Assembly: GCA_963797095.1 (NCBI GenBank)
Contig: CAWCNY010000002.1
Coordinates: 416,001 to 480,000, forward strand
Source: an uncultured Chloroflexia bacterium
Lineage (GTDB): Bacteria; Chloroflexota; Chloroflexia; QHBQ01; JADMIH01
Length of the DNA: 64,000 nucleotides
Direction of reading: 5' to 3'
The notes beneath the pieces are model-generated. The model saw nothing but the letters and a program-made list of their open reading frames with translations, ran no database searches and was not told the DNA's origin. Shown piece after piece: positions 50,726 through 58,938 of this stretch (its first letter is position 1; every line of letters starts with the position of its first letter). The position numbers and the translations under genes are program-made.

Positions 50726-52813
50726 ATGGACACACCGGAAGCAAAAGATTTCGATCCAACGATCCACACCGCCGAGTATGTAGCGATCGAGCACGATGAA
50801 TCGTTCGCCCAGATCCGCGACAAAGTAGAGGACGCTCTCGCCCGCACGCCGAACGTAATCCTCGTCATTCCGCGCGGAACGACGGCCTTCCACACAACCC
50901 AGGATTTCCTCGCGTTGGGCAAGATCCAGTGGCGGCGCGAAGTGCGCGTGGCCGTGGCCACCCCCGACCCCACCATCGCGGGCCTTGCTCGCGTGCTTGG
51001 CTTCCATATAGTTGAGCCTCCGGCAGATCACCCAGCGCTGGCTGGCGACCCCGGCCTTGATAACGGCACAGGCTCCGAAGATGAAGGCGGCACGATTGAG
51101 AAGCCCACATCGCCGCTTCCCCTGGGCGGCCTGCCCGGTATGCCCGAATGGGTGATCTCACCCACCATCCCCGGTTCGACATACACGCCGAAGGTATCTA
51201 CATCGGGCAACCTGACCACTTCTACGTGGCTCAATATGCCGGGGGATGGGATGGGCGCTTCGCCCTCGTTGGCGGCTGACGCCTTTAAGCCCGCAGCACG
51301 CTCAGGCCAGCCCCCTCCACGGCGCAGACCGCGCCAGACGGGCCATCTCCTTCCCACACAACTGCCCGACCTGGCTCCCGACCCCGCACTTGATCAGGAT
51401 TATGGAGACGCCCAGCCTGAAACAGGGGACGAGGCTAAAGCCCGCCTGGCGGTGCTCGATAGCAAAGCGTACCGGAGTGGGCGGGGTTGGCGGTACGGGG
51501 GCAGTCTCAGGCAAGGGCGATTAGGGCGCGTGCTTGTGGCGGTCGCTGTTGTGCTGGTGCTTTCTCTGGTGGCGGCCTCCAGCTATGCTTACGTGTATCT
51601 TCCTGAGGGTGTGATCTCCGTTGTTCCTCAGAGCAAGACCATCACCGACCTGACCGTTCGAATAACGGTGGCTACGGGCCAGCCCAACCCCCTTGGCACG
51701 CCTGATGGTTCTTCATCGATTGAGCCATCGGAACCGGGGTCGAATGTCATCAGCGCGCAATCGCTGGCGGCCCTCACCATCACACAGACCCTCACGGAAG
51801 AATCGACCGCACCATCAACCGGCACACGCCAGATACCGACCGGGCAGGCGCAGGGCGTCCTTCACTTCATCAATAACGCCGAGCAGACCAAGTTTGTGCC
51901 CGAAGGGACGGAGTTCACAGCCGCTAATGGGGTGGTGTTCAAGACCACCCAGGCGGGCACAGTTCCGGCGGCGAATGTGCTGGCGCAGGTGTTTGGCTTG
52001 CTCGATCTGCCCGTTGTCGCGTCGGTGGAAGGCCCGGACGGCAATCTGTCGGTAGGGGACCTTTCGGGCTACTACGGGAATGTGCGCTATATAAACAACA
52101 CGCCCATCAATGGCGGCTCCCTCCAAACGGTGAACGTGGTTACCCAGGAGGATATCGACAACCTGAGAGCCGACCTGATGTCGCGAGTGGAGGCGCGCGT
52201 GAACGGCGCGATCTCGGAGGCTGCTCTAGCAATGCCGGGCCAGAAGTTGATCGCGGGGAGCACCCACCTTGAGAACCCCACGGTTGAAGTCAACCACCAG
52301 GCCGGTGAGGACGGCGACTCTGTGACGGTGAAGGTGACAGGCGTGGCCGTCGCTTATACATACGACGAGGCGGAGATGGCCGACCAGGTTCGGCAGGCCG
52401 TGTATGATTACGTTCAGTCCAACGAGCCCGCCAACTACGGCCCGGTGACAGACCTCAACAGCATTACCCTTTCTGATCCTGTGTTGCAACCCTCCGGAGG
52501 GGGCGCGCAGGGCCTTGTCCTCTATGCTGTTACTGCCTCGGCTCACGTCAAGTACACTCTTACCCCTGTGCTCGCGGGGCAGATACGCACGCTTGTGAAA
52601 GGGAAGAATGTGCGCGAGGTGCCAGGCATTGTTTCGCGGCAGTACGGAAGTTATGTGGCGGTGGGGAATATCCAGTCGAGGGTGTTGTGGTTCAATATAG
52701 ACAAACTTCCCGATGATGCCACCCGCATAGAGATACAGCAGTCGGGGGCGGCTTCGAATAATACGGCGACGCTGCCCCTATCGGGCGCGCAACCCGGCAG
52801 CGACCAGCGATAA
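50726..52813 (+). CDS. Membrane-anchored protein with baseplate J/gp47-like extracellular domain
   Basis: Cytoplasmic N-domain, P-rich linker, one TM helix, then A.G.L.F.N...VP.GT.F...NGV.F.T...V.A...G..GN...N..PI.GG...VTQEDID. Start at the ATG at 50726. Confidence 0.7.
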   Translation: MDTPEAKDFDPTIHTAEYVAIEHDESFAQIRDKVEDALARTPNVILVIPRGTTAFHTTQDFLALGKIQWRREVRVAVATPDPTIAGLARVLGFHIVEPPADHPALAGDPGLDNGTGSEDEGGTIEKPTSPLPLGGLPGMPEWVISPTIPGSTYTPKVSTSGNLTTSTWLNMPGDGMGASPSLAADAFKPAARSGQPPPRRRPRQTGHLLPTQLPDLAPDPALDQDYGDAQPETGDEAKARLAVLDSKAYRSGRGWRYGGSLRQGRLGRVLVAVAVVLVLSLVAASSYAYVYLPEGVISVVPQSKTITDLTVRITVATGQPNPLGTPDGSSSIEPSEPGSNVISAQSLAALTITQTLTEESTAPSTGTRQIPTGQAQGVLHFINNAEQTKFVPEGTEFTAANGVVFKTTQAGTVPAANVLAQVFGLLDLPVVASVEGPDGNLSVGDLSGYYGNVRYINNTPINGGSLQTVNVVTQEDIDNLRADLMSRVEARVNGAISEAALAMPGQKLIAGSTHLENPTVEVNHQAGEDGDSVTVKVTGVAVAYTYDEAEMADQVRQAVYDYVQSNEPANYGPVTDLNSITLSDPVLQPSGGGAQGLVLYAVTASAHVKYTLTPVLAGQIRTLVKGKNVREVPGIVSRQYGSYVAVGNIQSRVLWFNIDKLPDDATRIEIQQSGAASNNTATLPLSGAQPGSDQR

Positions 52814-52844
52814 TCATGCGCATAGCACCGGGTACTCAGCAGCC

Positions 52845-53693
52845 ATGATGCCCCACCACATCTACTTCGGCGATAATCTGCCCATCATGCAATCGCTGCC
52901 CGATACCCTGGCCGACCTCATTTACATTGACCCTCCATTCAATACCGGCAAATCGCGGGCGCGCACGCAGCTTACCACCGTGCGCTCTGACAATGGCGAC
53001 CGCACAGGATTCGCGGGTCGCAGGTACGCCACCACCGAAGTAGCCACCCGCGCCTATACCGACGCGTTTGACGACTACCTCGCTTTCCTGGAGCCTCGCC
53101 TTCGCGAAGCCTACCGCCTTCTTGCCCCCCACGGCACGCTTTATTTCCATATCGACTACCGCGAGGTGCATTACTGCAAGGTGCTGCTGGATACGATCTT
53201 CGGGCGTTCGTCTTTCCTGAACGAGGTAATCTGGGCCTACGACTACGGGGCGCGCACCCGCCGCAAGTGGCCTCCCAAGCACGATAACATCCTGGTGTAT
53301 GTCAAAGACCCCGGCAGCTACACCTTCAATGCCGATGCGCTTGACCGCATCCCCTATATGGCCCCCGGCCTGGTCGGTCCAGAGAAAGCAGCCAGGGGGA
53401 AGACCCCTACTGACACCTGGTTCAATACCATAGTGCCCACCAACAGCCGCGAAAAGACGGGATACCCCACACAGAAGCCCCTCGCCATCCTCCGCCGAAT
53501 GATTACGGCATCGTCCAATCAAGGCGATTTAGTGCTCGATTTCTTCGCCGGCAGCGGCACCACGGGCGCGGCCTGCCTTGAGCTTAACAGGCGCTTCATC
53601 CTCGTAGACGACAATCCCCAGGCCCTGGAAGTCATGTCGCACCGCTTCGCGAACGTGGACGGCATCGAGTGGATAGGTTACAATCCACTCTGA
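52845..53693 (+). CDS. Orphan site-specific DNA methyltransferase (N6/N4, beta class)
   Basis: IYIDPPF precedes LDFFAGSGTT, with YPTQKP between them. Confidence 0.92.
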   Translation: MMPHHIYFGDNLPIMQSLPDTLADLIYIDPPFNTGKSRARTQLTTVRSDNGDRTGFAGRRYATTEVATRAYTDAFDDYLAFLEPRLREAYRLLAPHGTLYFHIDYREVHYCKVLLDTIFGRSSFLNEVIWAYDYGARTRRKWPPKHDNILVYVKDPGSYTFNADALDRIPYMAPGLVGPEKAARGKTPTDTWFNTIVPTNSREKTGYPTQKPLAILRRMITASSNQGDLVLDFFAGSGTTGAACLELNRRFILVDDNPQALEVMSHRFANVDGIEWIGYNPL

Positions 53694-53809
53694 TATAAAA
53701 GGGGTGCAGGAAGACCCCTGCCGGGGCTGGGTGGTGTCCTCCACTCTCCAACTTCTTCTTTCATTGGCGGGCCTCCCCGCCTAAAGTTACTCTGCGGTGA
53801 TATTTCTTT

Positions 53810-54262
53810 ATGCGTACCCTTGCCCTTGACATAGGCAAACGCCGCATCGGTGTGGCGGTCAGCGACCCTCTCGGCCTGGTGGCGCGCCCGGTCGAGACTT
53901 TGCAAAGCGTTTCCCTCAATAAAGATGTAGCCTATATCACCGACCTTGCCAAAAGCCTGGCCGCCGAGACTATCGTGGTGGGCGACCCTATCCACATGAG
54001 CGGCGACCCCAGCCCCATGTCGGGCCGCGCCCGCAAGTTCGGCGAGCTGCTGGCGCAGGTGTCCGGGCTTCCCGTTGTCTACTGCGATGAGCGGCTGACC
54101 ACAGTTGAGGCCCAGAGAATACTTCAGGACTCAGGAGTGCAGCCGCGCAAGATGCGCCAGCAGATCGATGCTGTGGCCGCCGCCGTGATACTGCAAAGCT
54201 ACCTCAATACCCTCAAGCCCCCACGGGCCGAATCCGATCCATTGGAGGATAGATACTGGTGA
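53810..54262 (+). CDS. ruvX: YqgF/RuvX family nuclease (pre-16S rRNA maturation)
   Basis: LALDIG.RRIGVAVSD, DERLTT, ID..AA..ILQSYL. Confidence 0.95.
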   Translation: MRTLALDIGKRRIGVAVSDPLGLVARPVETLQSVSLNKDVAYITDLAKSLAAETIVVGDPIHMSGDPSPMSGRARKFGELLAQVSGLPVVYCDERLTTVEAQRILQDSGVQPRKMRQQIDAVAAAVILQSYLNTLKPPRAESDPLEDRYW

Positions 54263-55326
54263 AATACCCCATTTTCGACGGACATAACGACCTGCTCTTT
54301 ATGGTGCACTACCCGAGCGTAACGGGTGGCCGCGATTTCTTCAAGCGCAATGCTACGGGCCATATAGATTTGCCACGGGCGCAGGCAGGCGGCCTGGCGG
54401 GCGGTTTCTTCGCCGTTTATGTGCCTGCCGAGCCGCCATACCGCAAGCCCTATGGCAAATCCGATACCGTCCATACCGCAACCGGGTATGAGACCCCTAT
54501 GGCCCGCGAAATCGGGCACGAATATGCGCGCCGCGAGGCCCAGGCGCTAATCTCCACCCTCTATGAACTTGAGAGTGAGGCCAAGGGTAAAGTAAAAGTG
54601 GTGCGCACCACCGCCGAAATAGAGCAGTGCATAGAGGATGGCACGCTGGCCGTTATCCTCCATTTCGAGGGTGCCGAGCCTATCGACCCCCAGCTTGAAC
54701 TGCTACCTTCCTACTACGATAAAGGATTGCGCTCGCTTGGTATTGTCTGGAGCAGGCCCAACGCCTTCGGCCACGGCGTACCCTTCCGTTTCCCCCACAG
54801 TCCCGATACAGGCCACGGCCTGACAGCCGCCGGAGAAGAGTTGGTGCGGGCCTGCAACCGTCTCGGCATACTGATCGATATGGCCCATCTCAATGAGAAA
54901 GGTTTCTGGGACGTGGCTCGCCTTTCGACCGCCCCGCTGGTCGTTACGCACACCGCCGCCCACGCCATCAGCCCCTCCACACGCAACATCACCGGCAGGC
55001 AACTGGACGCCATCAAGGAGAGCGACGGCATGGTTGGCCTCAACTTCAACGTGCGCGATGTACGCGCCGATGGTAAGGAGAACGTTGATACTCCCCTGTC
55101 GGACTACGTGCGCCAGGTTGACTATCTTGTTGAGCGCATCGGAATAGACCGCGTGGGCTTTGGCTCGGACTTTGATGGCGCGCTCATTTCCAGCCATATC
55201 GGCGATGCTGCCGGCCTCCCTGGCCTGGTGTCGGCCCTGCAGGAGCACGGTTACGATGACGAAGCTCTCGGCAAACTGACGCACCAGAACTGGTTGCGCG
55301 TGCTTCGCAAGACCTGGGGCGAGTGA
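54259..55326 (+). CDS. Membrane dipeptidase (peptidase M19)
   Basis: DGHND, HFEG, GLT..G, D.AH, GSDFDG, N..RV. Confidence 0.93.
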   Translation: MKYPIFDGHNDLLFMVHYPSVTGGRDFFKRNATGHIDLPRAQAGGLAGGFFAVYVPAEPPYRKPYGKSDTVHTATGYETPMAREIGHEYARREAQALISTLYELESEAKGKVKVVRTTAEIEQCIEDGTLAVILHFEGAEPIDPQLELLPSYYDKGLRSLGIVWSRPNAFGHGVPFRFPHSPDTGHGLTAAGEELVRACNRLGILIDMAHLNEKGFWDVARLSTAPLVVTHTAAHAISPSTRNITGRQLDAIKESDGMVGLNFNVRDVRADGKENVDTPLSDYVRQVDYLVERIGIDRVGFGSDFDGALISSHIGDAAGLPGLVSALQEHGYDDEALGKLTHQNWLRVLRKTWGE

Positions 55327-55422
55327 ACATCCTCCCTGTGCTTCTTGTGTTATTTGTAGGTTCCCTTTGCGCACAACTGAACAGGAATTCAGCAACTCAG
55401 CACCCAGGAAGATTGAGTACTT

Positions 55423-56400
55423 ATGGCGTTTGCCACATACAACGACCTGAACGCCGAGGCTATGCGCCTGTACGGCGATCAGGAATACGGCGCGGTTTAC
55501 GACCTGCTCACCCGTGAGGGCGAGCGCTTCCCCGATCAAGCATTCACGGTGCTCTATTTGCGGTCGTGCATGGCTGCTCGCCTGGGCCAGAACAATCAAG
55601 CTATCGATTTGCTTCGCGATGCGCATAATAGGGGCATCTGGTACGGCGAGCAGATGATGCGCGCCACCCCATCCTGGCAGCATCTCCAGGGCATGCCCGC
55701 GTTCGAGGAGATGGTGGCCCTATTCAAGGCGGATGAGAAAGATGCCTATGTTGGCCCGCTCATGCTTGTGGCCGAACCCGGTGGAGGTTGCACAGGAGAG
55801 AGGCCATGCCCGGCCCTCATAACGCTCCACGGCAACGGGCAGAACGCGCGCCTCTCATTGGAGGGGTGGAGCGAGGTCGCTGGCCTGGGGTGGTTGCAGG
55901 CTTCGATCCAATCGTCGCTGGTGATGGCACCCGATTCCTTCATTTGGGACGATCAGGAGGTTGTTCTGGGTGAGATAGCTGATCACTACGCCGAACTTAC
56001 AGGCAAGTACGACATAGACATAGATCGGGTGGTGCTGGCGGGTTTCTCGATGGGTGGGGAAACCGCCGTGCGTGCTGCACTCCTGGGCACGATCCCGGTT
56101 GCAGGTTTCATACTGCTGGGACCGGGCGGCCCCACAATCGATGAGCCTGATCTCTGGCTGTGGTTATTACAGGAAGCACGCTCTGCGGGACGCTCTTTGC
56201 GCGGGTACGTCTTCCTGGGTGAGAATGACGATGCGGTTCTGCCTGATGCTATCAGGAAGCTGGTCGTTCTGCTGAATGAGAACGGCATCCCGTGCGAACT
56301 GGAGGATGTGCCGCGCATCCGCCACGAATATCCCCAGGACTTCGCGCCCCGCATCGCCAGGGCGTTAGCCTTCATCCTGCAACCGCCTGAGCAGGCTTAA
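55423..56400 (+). CDS. TPR-like N-domain plus alpha/beta hydrolase
   Basis: Helical N-terminus, LHG, GFSMGG, GEND, and His in RHEY. Confidence 0.8.
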   Translation: MAFATYNDLNAEAMRLYGDQEYGAVYDLLTREGERFPDQAFTVLYLRSCMAARLGQNNQAIDLLRDAHNRGIWYGEQMMRATPSWQHLQGMPAFEEMVALFKADEKDAYVGPLMLVAEPGGGCTGERPCPALITLHGNGQNARLSLEGWSEVAGLGWLQASIQSSLVMAPDSFIWDDQEVVLGEIADHYAELTGKYDIDIDRVVLAGFSMGGETAVRAALLGTIPVAGFILLGPGGPTIDEPDLWLWLLQEARSAGRSLRGYVFLGENDDAVLPDAIRKLVVLLNENGIPCELEDVPRIRHEYPQDFAPRIARALAFILQPPEQA

Positions 56401-56438
56401 TATAGAAAATGGGCGGCGAAGCCCCCATTTTCTATATT
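56399..56438. terminator. Hairpin between convergent genes sharing the core of the dispersed palindrome
   Basis: AATATAGAAAATGGG-C-GGC-GAA-GCC-CCCATTTTCTATATT. Confidence 0.75.
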
Positions 56439-56449
56439 CTCATTGATTC

Positions 56450-58231
56450 TCAGGGCAAAGGGATGGTTCTGCCGCTTGCTGCGGGTTGCACTTCCACGTG
56501 GAGAGACACCTCTGTCGTGTTGGGTTGGATATGCGCCGCCGCCAGGTCGCTTTCGTCCCTTTCTTCGGCTCGCCGGAAGTAGGTTAGTGGCGCTGTCGAA
56601 GGCCCTGATGTGCTCTCGCCAAGCGCAGAGTTTTCGGGCACGTATATCTCGGCTTCCTGGGTTGAAACTTCCACTCGCGCTTTCTCCCGCCGTGTGGAGT
56701 AGACGACCGCCAGCACTATTGATACGATCAGCCCCAGGTAGATAGCGCGGTCGCCATCGAACAGGCCGCCAAGCGTGTCGAGCAGATTTTGCTGGCGCAC
56801 AGGAGCAACTACCGGCTCTCTCACCGGCACAGGCTGGTCGCCCGCGCTGTCTATCTTCTCCCCTGTCTGGTTGGCGACCTCGCCTGCCACCAGGCCCACG
56901 ATCAGGCTGTCGAGGTTCTGCACCGTGAAGTTGTCTACGTGCTTATCGGTGTAGACACCGGGCGCGCCCGATACGCCATTGGCGTAGGTCAGGAAGACGA
57001 ACTGCCCCTGCGTGACCTGGGCGAACTGGCGGAACACATACTCGCCATCCGTGTCGAGGCTGCTTGCGCCCACCGGGAATATCTTGATCCCTCTGGCAAC
57101 CGCTTCATTCAGCAGCGTGGGATAGCTTGGGTCGTTGGCGTAGTCGAGATGCGGGGGCGCATCGCCCACCAGCACGATCAAGCGGAGCCTTCGCCCTGTG
57201 CTGTTGTCGGCCCATCCCTGGAGGTGGATCGCCTCATCCAGGCCCGCGTCCACCGATTCCGGTGTATCGCCGCCACCTGCTGCCTCTACGTTCGCCAGGT
57301 TTGCCGAGAACTGCGAGATGTCGGAGGTGAAGTCCCACTGGCGCGTGACATAGTCGTCACCCCTGTCGCGGAAGGCCACCAAACCGAAGCGCGGTGCGCT
57401 GCTGCCGGGCAACTGCTCGATCCTGCCTGCGATACTGCCAACAGTCTCCTTGATCTTATCTATCTCATCGCCCATACTGCCCGTTGCATCGAGAAGAAAG
57501 ACCATATCGATGCCTACTGGGCCGGTGTTATCCGTCATGCCCGCCAGTGTCACTACCCGCTCCGGCCCGCCTATTTTCACCGTTGCCTCTACGGTGGACT
57601 GGCCCCGGCTGATCACGGCGCGTAGCTCCTGGGCCTGTGTTATGCCAGCCGCTTTCGGAAGGAAGAGAGCGCGCCCGTCGCTTACCGTCTGCCCATCGAA
57701 TACCTGCCTATCGCCGTCGAATAGCTGTACACGCGCCCCCGCTACGGGCGATTGTGCGCTATCGAGCACCCTGATGAAGAGCCTCTGCGATACGTCAATT
57801 GGGATCATGCCGCCGTAGTAGCCCTGGAGATAATTCAGGTACTCCTGGTATTTGGCGTTGTCGTCAACCTGCCCGGCGGTGAGCGGCGATTGGTATTGCG
57901 GCTGGTAAATGGTGCCGCCTCGGACGGTTTCGCTGCTGCCTGTTGTCAATGCAGGTGTATCGGCGCCACCCGTACTTTCATCTGGCGCTTTTATAGTTCC
58001 GGCACTATAGTCGAACTCAGGCGCTTCCATGCCTGTGGTAGACGTGGGCGCTGCCATTGGCGATCCACCTGTGTCAACCGGCACGAATTCAAGGTCCGGC
58101 TCGATAGGGGAAAGCCCAACGCCCGGCACGCTGTTACTAACCCATAGGGGCTTGAAGAATCCGAATCCAGCCCCCGCTACCAATACAACCAGTAGGCCAA
58201 AGCTCGCCCATTTGAACAGACGGCGTCTCAT
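56450..58231 (-). CDS. Membrane-anchored vWA-domain protein
   Basis: N-terminal TM/signal, MIDAS DATGSM, GGGDTPES, VGDAPPH, C-terminal TM. Start at the ATG at 58231 (AGGAGG). Confidence 0.88.
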   Translation of the reverse strand: MRRRLFKWASFGLLVVLVAGAGFGFFKPLWVSNSVPGVGLSPIEPDLEFVPVDTGGSPMAAPTSTTGMEAPEFDYSAGTIKAPDESTGGADTPALTTGSSETVRGGTIYQPQYQSPLTAGQVDDNAKYQEYLNYLQGYYGGMIPIDVSQRLFIRVLDSAQSPVAGARVQLFDGDRQVFDGQTVSDGRALFLPKAAGITQAQELRAVISRGQSTVEATVKIGGPERVVTLAGMTDNTGPVGIDMVFLLDATGSMGDEIDKIKETVGSIAGRIEQLPGSSAPRFGLVAFRDRGDDYVTRQWDFTSDISQFSANLANVEAAGGGDTPESVDAGLDEAIHLQGWADNSTGRRLRLIVLVGDAPPHLDYANDPSYPTLLNEAVARGIKIFPVGASSLDTDGEYVFRQFAQVTQGQFVFLTYANGVSGAPGVYTDKHVDNFTVQNLDSLIVGLVAGEVANQTGEKIDSAGDQPVPVREPVVAPVRQQNLLDTLGGLFDGDRAIYLGLIVSIVLAVVYSTRREKARVEVSTQEAEIYVPENSALGESTSGPSTAPLTYFRRAEERDESDLAAAHIQPNTTEVSLHVEVQPAASGRTIPLP

Positions 58232-58277
58232 CTTGTACCTCCTAATAACAGGCATAGGACCAACCCGACACTAGGAG

Positions 58278-58303
58278 AACGCCGTCTTCGCTAAAATTGT
58301 TCC
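58278..58303 (-). promoter_or_regulatory. Putative ECF-type promoter
   Basis: Minus strand GGAAC-N17-CGTT, 47 nt upstream of the vWA start. Confidence 0.55.
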
Positions 58304-58340
58304 ACTCTTTGATGCAAGAATGGTGGGCAAATTATCTTGT

Positions 58341-58431
58341 GGTAGTCGGTAGTCGGTAGTCGGTAGTCGGTAGTCGGAGGACGAGTGACGAGTGACGAGC
58401 GATGGAATACGCAATACGCAATACGCAATAC
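58341..58431. repeat. Mosaic heptamer tandem repeat
   Basis: (GGTAGTC)x5, (GACGAGY)x3, (AATACGC)x3.7. Confidence 0.92.
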
Positions 58432-58433
58432 CC

Positions 58434-58832
58434 CTACTCTGCTGGTGCCCGGCAGATGAACTCTACCTCGTTGCCGTCCGGGTCGTCTATGTACATGGTC
58501 CTGCTGGCTAGCACCGGGTGTTTGCCGGGGCGTGGCGCGTATCCTGCCTCTACCAGTGCGGCGTGTTGCGCGTCGAATTCATCTTCGGGTAGCTCCAACG
58601 CCATGTGGTGCAATTGGTAACCGGAAGGCTGTTGCTTGACCTCCTCGCTCTTGGGTACAAGCACAATCATCACGGGGATGCCCGCGTTCCCCTCGCCCAC
58701 TTTGAGAAACGCATTAGGTAGATGGGGAGGCGATATCACCTCCATCCCCAGCAGGTCTCTGTAGAAAGCCAGCGCCTTCTCTTTGTCAGCCGTCCACAGC
58801 ACGATCTCAGATATCCCCACAACCCGCTTCAT
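58434..58832 (-). CDS. VOC/glyoxalase family protein
   Basis: FYRDLLG, HHMAL, Y..DPDGNEVE. AGGAGG RBS. Confidence 0.9.
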   Translation of the reverse strand: MKRVVGISEIVLWTADKEKALAFYRDLLGMEVISPPHLPNAFLKVGEGNAGIPVMIVLVPKSEEVKQQPSGYQLHHMALELPEDEFDAQHAALVEAGYAPRPGKHPVLASRTMYIDDPDGNEVEFICRAPAE

Positions 58833-58891
58833 TTCGATTACCTCCTATTGAATAGACTTATGGAGATTATACCACCGCAATCCTCCCTAAT

Positions 58892-58919
58892 ACTCGTCAC
58901 TCGCCACTCGCCACTCGCC
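58892..58919. repeat. Heptamer tandem repeat (ACTCGYC)x4
   Basis: Read directly. It is the inverse of the GACGAGT units at 58380-58400. Confidence 0.88.
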
Positions 58920-58938
58920 CTCCATGCTATAATCTCCC

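Noticed and set aside
50726-53693. Prophage remnant (baseplate-like gene plus methyltransferase)
   Set aside because: No integrase, capsid, tail or att features, and the protein has a TM anchor in housekeeping context.
53700-53790. GC-rich short hairpins after the methyltransferase, possibly a degenerate REP
   Set aside because: Single copy in the window with weak stems, so it cannot be distinguished from an ordinary terminator.
58341-58431. Possible CRISPR array at the repeat-rich intergenic regions
   Set aside because: Units are 7-bp tandem repeats without unique spacers, and there are no cas genes in the window.
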